DNA from: an uncultured archaeon
Lineage (GTDB): Archaea > Asgardarchaeota > Thorarchaeia > Thorarchaeales > Thorarchaeaceae
NCBI GenBank assembly: GCA_964354495.1
Contig: CAYHAA010000001.1
Location: forward strand, 248,075 to 280,074
Reading direction: 5' to 3'
Length of the DNA stretch: 32,000 bases
Shown: positions 8,491-16,685 of the stretch, in pieces
Layout of the letters: each line of letters starts with the position of its first letter
How positions within the stretch are numbered: the stretch's first letter is position 1
Program-made: the position numbers and the translations under genes
Notes under the pieces: model-generated
The model's input: the letters and a program-made list of their open reading frames with translations, nothing else
What the model was told of the DNA's origin: nothing
The model's database searches: none

Positions 8491-9945
8491 CTACCCTGTT
8501 TGAGCCCTTAATTCCTCGATTAGCTTACCGACAAAGTACTCCATATCGGTCTTTTCACTTGGAAAGAATCGCTCTCCCTCTAGTGTCCCTTGAACGATGC
8601 CCTCACCAAGAAGGATTATCAGTGTCCTCCGGAGTATAGTTCGGTCTACACCCGTCTGCCTCTCCATGCGGGCGACATCCACACTATCAGTCTCTTTGAG
8701 CAGATTCAGTAATGTTGTTTCGATATTGTGGATATCTTTCTCTTCAACCTTGACCGACTTCTTACGCTTCTTGAACTCTGTCCTGACAAAGGTGCTGCCA
8801 TCTAGATGTCCGTCAATGGCTTCGCTCTTAATCATTGCCTGCAGGCTCCTGCGCAGGTTATAGGCAGCAGGTCTGGGGAGTGTCCTTCGAAGTATCCTAT
8901 CCAGCTCCTTCAACTTGATCTGGTTGTGCTTTGAGGTGATTGAATCAATGCTCTCCTGGATGTATTCCTCAATTACGTATTCTTCAATCAACTGAAGAGG
9001 TGCTCCGCAAGCTGCACACTCCGATGCTTCTGGCGACGTTGGAGCTCCACAGTTGCCGCACTTTATTGCCCTGCGATATAGTATCTCCTTGGTTGAGCCG
9101 ATTTGCTGAAGAATCACTCTTTCGCTTCTCGATGCCTTCCCTGACTGCTCAACTTCCCAGAAGCTAAGTCTGTTGTCTTTCGTGCTCACTACAAGGTATG
9201 CAATATCTGAGATCTCATCAGGCACGCCTGTTGCCATGGCGCGTGGAACATCGCTCTCCTCAATCTGTGCAATCTCATTGCCGTCAATGTCCCAGATTCG
9301 GAGAGTGGAGGTCATATCACCGGTAACGAAGAGCTTCCTGTCTTCGAACGACAGCACTGCAAAGACTGTAATCTTGTCGCCTAGTTGAAGTTCACGCAAG
9401 AAATACCCTGCAGAGGTCAGTATGCTCACTTTCCCGGTCATCTCTGCAATGACAACCTCAAGTTCATTATCAGTCGTGATGTCCTCAAGCCAGACATCTG
9501 ATATAGGTTGACTCACGTTCCTTGTGAAAATTGCATCCTTGTCATCGTTATACAGGATGACTCTGTTGTTCTCCAGAGCGACAACGACTTCAGCTGCATC
9601 GTCGCCATCGACATCCCGGGCATCGCAGGCAACTACATCGCTCTCAAGGTTGATGTTCCAGACTGTGCTACCTCGATGATCCACAACGAGGACCTTCTTG
9701 CCGACGCCGCCCACCAGTGAATCTTGGCCTTCTCCTTCAACATCTGCGACAGCTATGCATCTGACCTTGCTGCTCCATTTGCGCGTACTCGTGAGAGCAC
9801 CCTTTGCATCGAAGACACGAAGCCTGTCGCCATAATCTAGCGAGAAGACCTGCGTGCTAGCGTCCCTTTTCTGTCTGACGTAGACCGAGTATACATTTGA
9901 CACTGTGGGTACACTCGCAACCTCGCGAATCTTCAAGCCGCTCAT
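8491..9945 (-). CDS. Hypothetical protein: FG-GAP-like beta-propeller + Zn ribbon + two winged-helix (PCI-like) domains
   Basis: Repeats AVADVEGEGQDSLVGG, ARDVDGDDAAEVVVA and LEDITTDNELEVVIA; CGNCG...CAACG Zn ribbon; two C-terminal segments ending MIKSEAIDGHLDG and LLGEGIVQGTLEG. The track start at 10134 overlaps the opposite-strand deacetylase gene, so ATG 9945 (MSGLKIREV) is preferred. Confidence 0.65.
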   Translation of the reverse strand: MSGLKIREVASVPTVSNVYSVYVRQKRDASTQVFSLDYGDRLRVFDAKGALTSTRKWSSKVRCIAVADVEGEGQDSLVGGVGKKVLVVDHRGSTVWNINLESDVVACDARDVDGDDAAEVVVALENNRVILYNDDKDAIFTRNVSQPISDVWLEDITTDNELEVVIAEMTGKVSILTSAGYFLRELQLGDKITVFAVLSFEDRKLFVTGDMTSTLRIWDIDGNEIAQIEESDVPRAMATGVPDEISDIAYLVVSTKDNRLSFWEVEQSGKASRSERVILQQIGSTKEILYRRAIKCGNCGAPTSPEASECAACGAPLQLIEEYVIEEYIQESIDSITSKHNQIKLKELDRILRRTLPRPAAYNLRRSLQAMIKSEAIDGHLDGSTFVRTEFKKRKKSVKVEEKDIHNIETTLLNLLKETDSVDVARMERQTGVDRTILRRTLIILLGEGIVQGTLEGERFFPSEKTDMEYFVGKLIEELRAQTG

Positions 9946-10002
9946 AGCACCTTCTTGAGCATTGTTGCATATCCATATAAGTTTGCTAGGACTCCAAGGA
10001 CG

Positions 10003-11082
10003 ATGATGAGAGAACCTGCCAAATGCAGTGTCGGCTTTCTTTGGAGCCCACTTCTCGAAACCTTTGACTTTGGAAAGAAACATCCTATTCAAGTGGGACG
10101 CTTCAAGATGATACATGACTTTGTGGAAGAGCAAGGCTTCCTCGATCTACCCGACGTCCGAGTCATCACTCCTGAACCATTGCCTGAGGATCTCTTGAGA
10201 GTCATTCATGCTGAGAGTTATATAGAGAAGGTTCGGAGGATTTCTGAATCTGGTGTCGGCGAGATTGACATCGACACGCCCGGATTCAAGGGGATTTACA
10301 CCAATGCACGAATTGTCTCTGGTGCATCGGTCACGGGAGTCAAAGCAGTTCTATCAGGTGAAATAAACCACTTTGTTTCACCCACGGGCGGGTTCCATCA
10401 TGCTATGTATGAACACGGCGGAGGTTTCTGCATCTTCAACGATGTCGCAGCCTGCGTCTATGAACTGAAACAGAGAGGTGTTGAGAGAGTCCTCATAGCT
10501 GATTTCGACGTACACCATGGGAATGGAACTCAGGAGTATTTCTATGACGACTCTGGCGTGATGCAGATTTCCTTTCATGAGGACCCTGAGTGGATGTATC
10601 CTCATGATGGTTTTATTGAAGACATTGGAGTAGGACCAGGTCTCGGATTTAACGTCAACATGCCCTTTCCAATGGACTCTGGCGATGCAGTTTACAGGTA
10701 TGCCTTCGATAGACTAGTACCCAAGCTAATTCACTATTACAGCCCTCAGTTCATCCTGTTCATTCCTGGCTTCGACGCGCACTACTTGGACAGACTTGCT
10801 CACCTCAAACTGACCACTGATATGACTCGCCATATCACGTCAGAGATTCATAGAGCTGCTCATGATTACTGCGATGGGAAGATGGGCGTTATGACTGGGG
10901 GTGGGTATCACCCCGATTCTCTACTGTGGGGCATCGGAACTGTGATATCAGAGCTCTCCGGAGCTCCCTATGACCCCCCTCCACAGACACCTCCATTCAA
11001 AGACGACAGGGAGACGTGGGATGAGGTAAAGTCGAATGTTGCCAGAGTGGAGGAATTGGTCTTCCCGATTCTTGGTATATAG
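10003..11082 (+). CDS. Histone deacetylase superfamily Zn-dependent deacetylase (AcuC/HDAC-like)
   Basis: Motifs HPIQVGRF, GGFHHA, GFCIFND, DFDVHHGNGTQ, GFDAHYLD and GGGY (catalytic Tyr) are all intact. ATG 10003/10006 preceded by AAGGA is preferred over track start 9955. Confidence 0.92.
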   Translation: MMREPAKCSVGFLWSPLLETFDFGKKHPIQVGRFKMIHDFVEEQGFLDLPDVRVITPEPLPEDLLRVIHAESYIEKVRRISESGVGEIDIDTPGFKGIYTNARIVSGASVTGVKAVLSGEINHFVSPTGGFHHAMYEHGGGFCIFNDVAACVYELKQRGVERVLIADFDVHHGNGTQEYFYDDSGVMQISFHEDPEWMYPHDGFIEDIGVGPGLGFNVNMPFPMDSGDAVYRYAFDRLVPKLIHYYSPQFILFIPGFDAHYLDRLAHLKLTTDMTRHITSEIHRAAHDYCDGKMGVMTGGGYHPDSLLWGIGTVISELSGAPYDPPPQTPPFKDDRETWDEVKSNVARVEELVFPILGI

Positions 11083-11084
11083 CC

Positions 11085-11741
11085 TCAGTCTGTTTCTGCA
11101 ATCAATCTGCGTGCCAAATCTACTGCGCTCATTGCATCCTTCCCAAACGCATCTGCGCCAGTGTAGTCCACAATGCTCTGATCAATGTCTCCCCCGCCAA
11201 TCATGACCTTCACTTTTTTCCTCATGCCTGCCTGTTTGAGCGCAGCTATGGTCTTCTTCATGACGTCATGTGTCGTCGTAATCAGACCACTCAGGGCGAG
11301 AACCTTAGCATCTGTTTCTCTCAATTTCTCAATGAACTTCTCGGGTGGGACGTCTTCGCCAAGGTCATGGACTTCAAAACCATTGGACTTCAAAAAGGCG
11401 ACAACGAGGTTCTTTCCGATATAATGTATATCTCCTTGTACAGTGCCGATCACAATCTTTCCGCTATAGCTCGACTTCTGAGATGAGAGAAGGGCCGGCT
11501 CGAGCTTCTTCATTGCTCGTTTGAATACATCCGCTGACATGACGAGCTCTACGAGAAAATACTCATTCTTGGAGAATCTTTCACCAACTATGTCCATTCC
11601 TTCCTTGAGTTGGCCAAGAATCGTGTGGGGGTCAATACGGCCTGAAATGTACTTTTCAACAAGACGAAGTACCTTTTTGTCATCGATGTCTGCCATAGCT
11701 GTTACAAGTTCCTTCACTTCATTTGATGCCTCCAGATGCAA
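11085..11741 (-). CDS. Methyltransferase corrinoid (B12-binding) protein, MtaC/MtbC/MtgC-like
   Basis: N-terminal cap domain (LKEGMDIVGERF...YFLVELVMSA), DxHxxG cobalamin motif GTVQGDIHYIGKNLV, then DLGEDVP, LSGL and MIGGG. TTG start with an AGGTG SD. Confidence 0.92.
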   Translation of the reverse strand: MHLEASNEVKELVTAMADIDDKKVLRLVEKYISGRIDPHTILGQLKEGMDIVGERFSKNEYFLVELVMSADVFKRAMKKLEPALLSSQKSSYSGKIVIGTVQGDIHYIGKNLVVAFLKSNGFEVHDLGEDVPPEKFIEKLRETDAKVLALSGLITTTHDVMKKTIAALKQAGMRKKVKVMIGGGDIDQSIVDYTGADAFGKDAMSAVDLARRLIAETD

Positions 11742-11770
11742 TTTAGGACACCTGTGAGTAAGAACAGCGT

Positions 11771-11785
11771 ATCATATATCTTTCC
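11771..11785 (-). promoter_or_regulatory. Putative archaeal BRE/TATA promoter of the corrinoid gene
   Basis: The minus strand reads GGAAAG-ATATATGAT, a purine-rich BRE-like block followed by a TATA-like box, about 33 bp upstream of the start at 11741. Confidence 0.5.
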
Positions 11786-11873
11786 TCATACTAACGCAGT
11801 TGAATCAAGAGACATGCCCTCAGAATTCTCGTGGGAAGCCAGGTAGAAATGCCTTGCTTCTCTGGCTATTCTC

Positions 11874-12008
11874 TCAGCTCTGACCCTGCTTGCCAAAGAC
11901 AGACGTAATCCTCTTGCACCTTCTCATGACGCATCCAGAATCATGCACGATACATCTGCCGCGGCTCGTAAGCCCGATGGTTCCGAATACTACGACGCGT
12001 TTTGGCAT
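11874..12008 (-). CDS. Possible small protein (44 aa, three Cys), absent from the ORF track
   Basis: ATG 8 bp after the mtrH stop. Translates as MPKRVVVFGTIGLTSRGRCIVHDSGCVMRRCKRITSVFGKQGQS*. No homolog recognised. Confidence 0.3.
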   Translation of the reverse strand: MPKRVVVFGTIGLTSRGRCIVHDSGCVMRRCKRITSVFGKQGQS

Positions 12009-12016
12009 ATGATTAC

Positions 12017-12922
12017 CTATCCAATCCTGAATCTTGGATGCTGCCTGTCCGGTCTAATGCCTTCCTCTAGAAAAACGCCTGACAGTGCAGTGTCGATCAT
12101 CGCGATCGATGGAAATACAATTGATGCGTGCTTGATTGGGCCATAGAGTATAAAGTCAGCTCCAAGCACGACAGGCATGAGACTGGAACCAACAAGGGCT
12201 GCATCTCTGGCTTCCTTACCGAACTTTGGTACAAGTCCGACCCATGTATTCACTGCATTATGAGCTCCGCACCCTACAGGATATCCCAACTTGCCTTTTG
12301 CATGTTGCAGAGCCTTGCTAGCAATACCAAGAGTCAGCATGTCTACGACACCCGTGTCAATCATTATGTTCTGAATTCCGATAGTCAGAGACCTATTTAG
12401 CAGGTCTTCTGCAATCCTAAGCCTCTTCTTCGAAGAAGCCATGGACTCGCTGTCAAAGGCCAGAACTACTGCGTTCTTCAGTCCCAGTCCGTGCATTTCC
12501 TCGAGGGTGCTAGGATCAGTTTCCGGAACTATTGAGTTGAGTACAACCCGTTCCATTATTCCAAGCTCAGAAGCTCTCTCCAATCCAGCCAGATTCACTT
12601 CATTAGAACCTGATCCGTCGATAAGCAGAGGCATCTCTGTGATATTAGAGAGAAATGAAATGTACTCTCTCATGGCATCTGGCGTGGCTCCGACGACATC
12701 CAGCATACTGGGGAGACCGGTGGCATCAGATATCTTCGAGAGCTGTTCGAGGGCCTGTTCTACCTCGGCTCTCTGTACTGTCCCCTTCTTGGGATCCTGC
12801 ACAAGCTTATCCTTGACGTAAAAAATGGAACCAATAAGGACTGTTGGAGTCAGCCCGGGCTGTCCACCAATTTTGATACCACCTATTTCCAATGTCTTCT
12901 GAGATGTCGAGTAGTGATACAC
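12017..12922 (-). CDS. mtrH: MtrH/MtgA-family pterin (H4MPT/H4F) methyltransferase
   Basis: N-terminus QKTLEIGGIKIGGQPG..PTVLIGSIFY is typical of MtrH; also PLLIDGS, GCGAHNAV and GADFILYGPI. GTG 12922 preceded by AGGAGA gives the usual MtrH N-terminus; the track start at 12997 is probably too long. Confidence 0.88.
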   Translation of the reverse strand: MYHYSTSQKTLEIGGIKIGGQPGLTPTVLIGSIFYVKDKLVQDPKKGTVQRAEVEQALEQLSKISDATGLPSMLDVVGATPDAMREYISFLSNITEMPLLIDGSGSNEVNLAGLERASELGIMERVVLNSIVPETDPSTLEEMHGLGLKNAVVLAFDSESMASSKKRLRIAEDLLNRSLTIGIQNIMIDTGVVDMLTLGIASKALQHAKGKLGYPVGCGAHNAVNTWVGLVPKFGKEARDAALVGSSLMPVVLGADFILYGPIKHASIVFPSIAMIDTALSGVFLEEGIRPDRQHPRFRIG

Positions 12923-13219
12923 ATACTTGGTCTCCTTTGCTCTGCTCAGACATTCATTTGTGCCTTTAAGCACACAGGTTCTGCTTGAATCTCGCACTAT
13001 AAGGAAGAGCTCAACATTACTGGATTTCCTTTGAGGACTGAATGTGTTGGTCCATGGAGATGAGTGCCTCTTGGTTCAACTGAAGATGTGGCCTATGGTG
13101 TTACGATGGAACTTGCTCAGAGAATAGGAAGTGAATTATCCCAGATAGGTTAACAAGCATACAGTATGATTGGACGCACTCGAGGACACAGAAACGCATT
13201 GTGTGGGGTCTGATTCATC

Positions 13220-14686
13220 ATGCCAAGTAAATCAGGAAAGCACACTGGTAAGAAACCTGCCAAAGATCAAACACTAACGATTGATGAAGGGTATGTTCTC
13301 AATAGTGATGCCATCGATACAATTTTTGGACTATCACCAAGTGGCATTGTTGTAATAGGGCTTGACTTCGTTATTGAGTATATCAATAATCAAGGCTGCA
13401 AGATATTCGGCGCCCCCCGTAAGAATCTGGTTGGCCATGATTTTAGAGACTTCCTGCAGGAGGACACCGTTCAAATGATGGCTGAGCGCTATCAGCTTCG
13501 CAGGGAAGGAAAGAATGTACCTTCTGTCTACCCACTCCATATCCTCCGCAAGGATGGTGTGGAGCTGACAGTGGAGGGCCGTGCTGATGTTGTCAAAGGT
13601 CCGGATGGGAACCTCAAAACAGTCGCCCATTTCTTGGACATCACACAGATAGAGCGAAGGCAAGAAGAACTCGAGCAGTCGCAGACACGATACCAGACTC
13701 TTGTTGAAACCATGAACGAAGGACTCGTCATCGATAATAATGAAGGAATTCTCACCTATGCGAACGATGCCTTCTGCAATATGATTGATAGGTCTCAGGC
13801 TGCCATCATCGGAAGACCCTGGATTTCCTTGGTCACTGACATGAGCATGGAACGAATCATGGAGAAATTCGAAGCGCGCAAGAAGGGCATATCTGAGCGA
13901 TACGAGTTGACGTGGAAAAGCACAACAAGCGCCCTAGTTCCAACCATCGTTTCTGCCAAGCCGCTCTTTGGCCGGAATGGTGATTTCCTCGGAACCTTCG
14001 CCGTAGTCACAGAAATCAAGGCGCAGAAAGATGCTGAAGAAACCATTCAATTCTACCTTGATCTCCTATCTCATGATGTCGCGAATCAACTTCAAGTCAT
14101 AATGACAAGTAGTGGTCTCCTCGAGGAAGAGGTGCCAAAGTCGTATATTGACGATGCAGCAAAGAACATCCTGGATGCTGTCGAACGCTGCAATAGGCTC
14201 ATAACCAAGGTGAAGAGAGCTGCTCAGATTCGTGAAGTTCCAATATCAAGTGTTGAGCTGATGCAGGTTCTCTCTGAAAAAATCGCTGTGCTCGAAAAGG
14301 TGTATGCCGCTAAGGTGCATTTCGAGGGACCAAAGAGGGTTCTCATGGTGGAAGCGGATATGCTATTGGGAGAGCTTCTCTGGAACCTGTTAGAGAATGC
14401 CGCACATCACAATCCTACTGAACCTAGGGAAGTCTGGGTTTCTACCAAGGCAAAGAGTGATTCTATTGAACTCTCAATAGCTGATAATGGTCCTGGAATA
14501 AGCGATGCCAGAAAGAGAGATCTCTTCACTGAACGAAAATATGGTAGTGGCGTTGGTCTTAGGCTTGTCCGTCAGATGATACGCAAATACGGTGGCTCAA
14601 TCGAGGTAGAAGATAGAGTGAAGGGCAATTCAAGTGAGGGGTCCAAATTCATTGTTACCTTAAGAAGGTCAAGGAAGAGCAAGTGA
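13220..14686 (+). CDS. Cytoplasmic PAS-PAS histidine kinase
   Basis: Two PAS-like repeats (YINNQGCKIFG...LVG and YANDAFCNMIDR...IIG), H-box LLSHDVANQLQVI, N-box LLWNLLENA, G1 IADNGPGI and G2 GSGVGL. No TM segment is evident. Confidence 0.9.
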   Translation: MPSKSGKHTGKKPAKDQTLTIDEGYVLNSDAIDTIFGLSPSGIVVIGLDFVIEYINNQGCKIFGAPRKNLVGHDFRDFLQEDTVQMMAERYQLRREGKNVPSVYPLHILRKDGVELTVEGRADVVKGPDGNLKTVAHFLDITQIERRQEELEQSQTRYQTLVETMNEGLVIDNNEGILTYANDAFCNMIDRSQAAIIGRPWISLVTDMSMERIMEKFEARKKGISERYELTWKSTTSALVPTIVSAKPLFGRNGDFLGTFAVVTEIKAQKDAEETIQFYLDLLSHDVANQLQVIMTSSGLLEEEVPKSYIDDAAKNILDAVERCNRLITKVKRAAQIREVPISSVELMQVLSEKIAVLEKVYAAKVHFEGPKRVLMVEADMLLGELLWNLLENAAHHNPTEPREVWVSTKAKSDSIELSIADNGPGISDARKRDLFTERKYGSGVGLRLVRQMIRKYGGSIEVEDRVKGNSSEGSKFIVTLRRSRKSK

Positions 14687-14697
14687 CGGAGTCGTCA

Positions 14698-15066
14698 TTA
14701 GACGTTATTATGGATTCTCTGGTATAGTCCTTCAAAGAAGTCCTTCTTCCTCGTCTTTCCTGCGTTTATCTTGAAGAAGTTCGTTCTTATTCGATAGAGT
14801 CTCCGCTTGACCAATTCATAGTCCTTGATGCCTCTCTTTCCGACTGCACTCTCGAGTATTGTTGTGACTGCTTCGGGAAAGTTGTCAATATACTGACACT
14901 GCTTGACTTGGATATGAAAGAGCGTGTTTCTCAATATTTCTGTTCTAGAGATACATCTGTTTTCCATTGCGCACAGGTCCCACTCATATAGGATGAGTTC
15001 CTCTAATAAGAGTTCTAATAATCGCGTTACAGCATCTAGTAATACTCTTCTCAGGTTTTGTGTCAA
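14698..15066 (-). CDS. Hypothetical helical protein
   Basis: A 122-aa ORF with a TTG start fills the gap between the kinase and the radical SAM gene without overlap. No motif recognised. Confidence 0.5.
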   Translation of the reverse strand: MTQNLRRVLLDAVTRLLELLLEELILYEWDLCAMENRCISRTEILRNTLFHIQVKQCQYIDNFPEAVTTILESAVGKRGIKDYELVKRRLYRIRTNFFKINAGKTRKKDFFEGLYQRIHNNV

Positions 15067-15120
15067 TATGGTTGAAGTTTTAATGCAGAATGTAGATAAC
15101 GATGTGAGTTCGATTGAACC

Positions 15121-15816
15121 ATGCGAATCGCTTCTGTCATTGATATCAGCCTTGTCGATGTTCCCAAGATCCCCGTGACTGTGATTTTCACTGCTGGGTG
15201 CAACATGGACTGCCCCTACTGCCAGAATGCTGAGATAATACCGCTCAAGTCAGGAGCTGCGATGAAGATTCCCGAGATTGTGGAGCGAGTGCGAGGAAGT
15301 ATGAGCGATGGTTGCTGTATCACTGGCGGAGAGCCAACCATCCATAGAGACCTGCCAGACCTGCTGAAGGCATTACGAGACGCTGGAACGGGCCATATCA
15401 ATCTGAACACACAGGGTACCGTGCCTAATGTATTGAAGAAGTGTTTGCCCTATCTCGATTCCATATGGTTCGATGTGAAGACAGTTCCAGAAAGATATGC
15501 AGAAGTCACCCGTGCAAGGAGTGACCCGTGGCCACGTGTGCTGAAAAGCATAAAGCTTCTTCTTGATTCAAGCGTCGCGTTTTGGCCTAGGACAACTTAT
15601 GTTGGTCGCTGGATGCACCCCGAAGAGATAGAGAGGATCGCCTATCTTCTAGTTGATTTGGGATTTGAGGGAGCATACCTGGTGCAGAACTACGTCCGCT
15701 CGTCAGGGACTCGAGAATCAGAAACTGTAGACTTCGAGGGACCTTCAATTCACGAAATAGAACAAATCAGGGAGAGACTTCCCCCTACAATCCGTCTAAA
15801 TCTAGAATGGCGCTAG
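15121..15816 (+). CDS. Radical SAM protein, glycyl-radical activating enzyme family (anaerobic RNR activase/PflA-like)
   Basis: VIFTAGCNMDCPYCQN (CxxxCxxC), ITGGEPTIH, LNTQGT, WFDVKT and RTT motifs. Confidence 0.85.
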   Translation: MRIASVIDISLVDVPKIPVTVIFTAGCNMDCPYCQNAEIIPLKSGAAMKIPEIVERVRGSMSDGCCITGGEPTIHRDLPDLLKALRDAGTGHINLNTQGTVPNVLKKCLPYLDSIWFDVKTVPERYAEVTRARSDPWPRVLKSIKLLLDSSVAFWPRTTYVGRWMHPEEIERIAYLLVDLGFEGAYLVQNYVRSSGTRESETVDFEGPSIHEIEQIRERLPPTIRLNLEWR

Positions 15817-15842
15817 CTCATCCGAATGACACACAGACAACC

Positions 15843-15849
15843 TTTTAAA
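15843..15849 (+). promoter_or_regulatory. Putative TATA box upstream of psmA
   Basis: TTTTAAA in the intergenic region about 70 bp before ATG 15920, preceded by A-rich ACAGACAACC. Confidence 0.4.
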
Positions 15850-15919
15850 TGCCCTCGGGGTCATCTTGTTTTGACCACGCCAGAACCTAGGTGTTAGTCC
15901 CCTGGAGTGTTGACTTATC

Positions 15920-16651
15920 ATGTTTCCAACGCAGAGTATGGGCTACGACCGAGCAATAACTGTCTTTAGTCCCGAAGGAAGATTGTATCAAGTAGAGTAT
16001 GCGACCGAAGCAGTCCGTCATGGACCGCTAGCTGTGGGAGTCAAGGCAGTCGATGGTGTTGTACTGGCGGGAGAGAAGAGATCCCCTCACGTGCTAGCAG
16101 ACCTTGATACCCTCAAGAAGCTCTTACTGATTGATGACCACGTGGGATGTGCAATTGCTGGCCTTCATGCAGACGCAAGGAAGCTCATTGACCAAGCAAG
16201 AATTCAGTCTCAAATAAACAGACTGAGCTATGATGAGCCGATCTCTATTCAGTCTCTTGTGGTGAATATCTGCGATACAAAACAGATTCACACTCAGTAT
16301 GGGGGAGCTCGCCCATTTGGAGTTTCTCTCCTGGTTGCAGGTGTTGATGATAATGGTCCCCAATTGTACACTACTGACCCATCTGGTTCATTTTGGGGTT
16401 GGAAAGCTGCAGCGATTGGAAAGGAGTCTGATGTAGTCCGTGACTTCTTCGCTGAGAACTACAAGGATAATATGAAACTGGATGCTGCATTGAACCTTGC
16501 TCTAAAGGGTCTGTTGCGGTCAGAGGATCTCTCCGCACTGAACGCGGCAGAAAAATCCAAGACAATCGAGATTGGAAAAATAAGCACGACTGACAAGTTA
16601 TTCAGGATCCTTCCACAGAGTGAAGTAGAGGTCATACTTGCAGCGCTCTAG
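15920..16651 (+). CDS. psmA: 20S proteasome alpha subunit
   Basis: Signature GYDRAITVFSPEGRLYQVEYA, plus IDDHVGCAIAGLHADAR, TQYGGARPFGVSLLVAG and TDPSG. Confidence 0.97.
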   Translation: MFPTQSMGYDRAITVFSPEGRLYQVEYATEAVRHGPLAVGVKAVDGVVLAGEKRSPHVLADLDTLKKLLLIDDHVGCAIAGLHADARKLIDQARIQSQINRLSYDEPISIQSLVVNICDTKQIHTQYGGARPFGVSLLVAGVDDNGPQLYTTDPSGSFWGWKAAAIGKESDVVRDFFAENYKDNMKLDAALNLALKGLLRSEDLSALNAAEKSKTIEIGKISTTDKLFRILPQSEVEVILAAL

Positions 16652-16685
16652 TACTCATTCATTGGCACAATCAGAAACCTGTTTC

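Noticed and set aside
9946-10134. N-terminal extensions of track ORFs 8491..10134 (-) and 9955..11082 (+)
   Set aside because: They would make two real genes overlap head-to-head by about 180 bp. Internal ATGs at 9945 and 10003 give clean domain starts and a promoter-sized gap.
11825-11860. GGGAAGCCAGGTAGAAATGCC, reminiscent of the 3' end of a cobalamin riboswitch, next to a B12-binding gene
   Set aside because: It is on the strand opposite the corrinoid gene, the 5' conserved elements (GGGAA...GGTG.AA.TCC, GCCACTG) are not found, and no supporting helices are visible. An Infernal/Rfam search would settle it.
11820-11876. Possible selenocysteine read-through of the TGA ending the 44-aa ORF
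   Set aside because: Read-through adds only 17 residues before another TGA, there is no redox motif around the codon, and I could not identify a SECIS-like hairpin.
13064-13150. Short protein-like frame VPLGSTEDVAYGVTMELAQRIGSELSQIG in the mtrH-kinase gap
   Set aside because: Under 30 codons, bounded by stops and with no convincing SD or homology, so it cannot be distinguished from chance.
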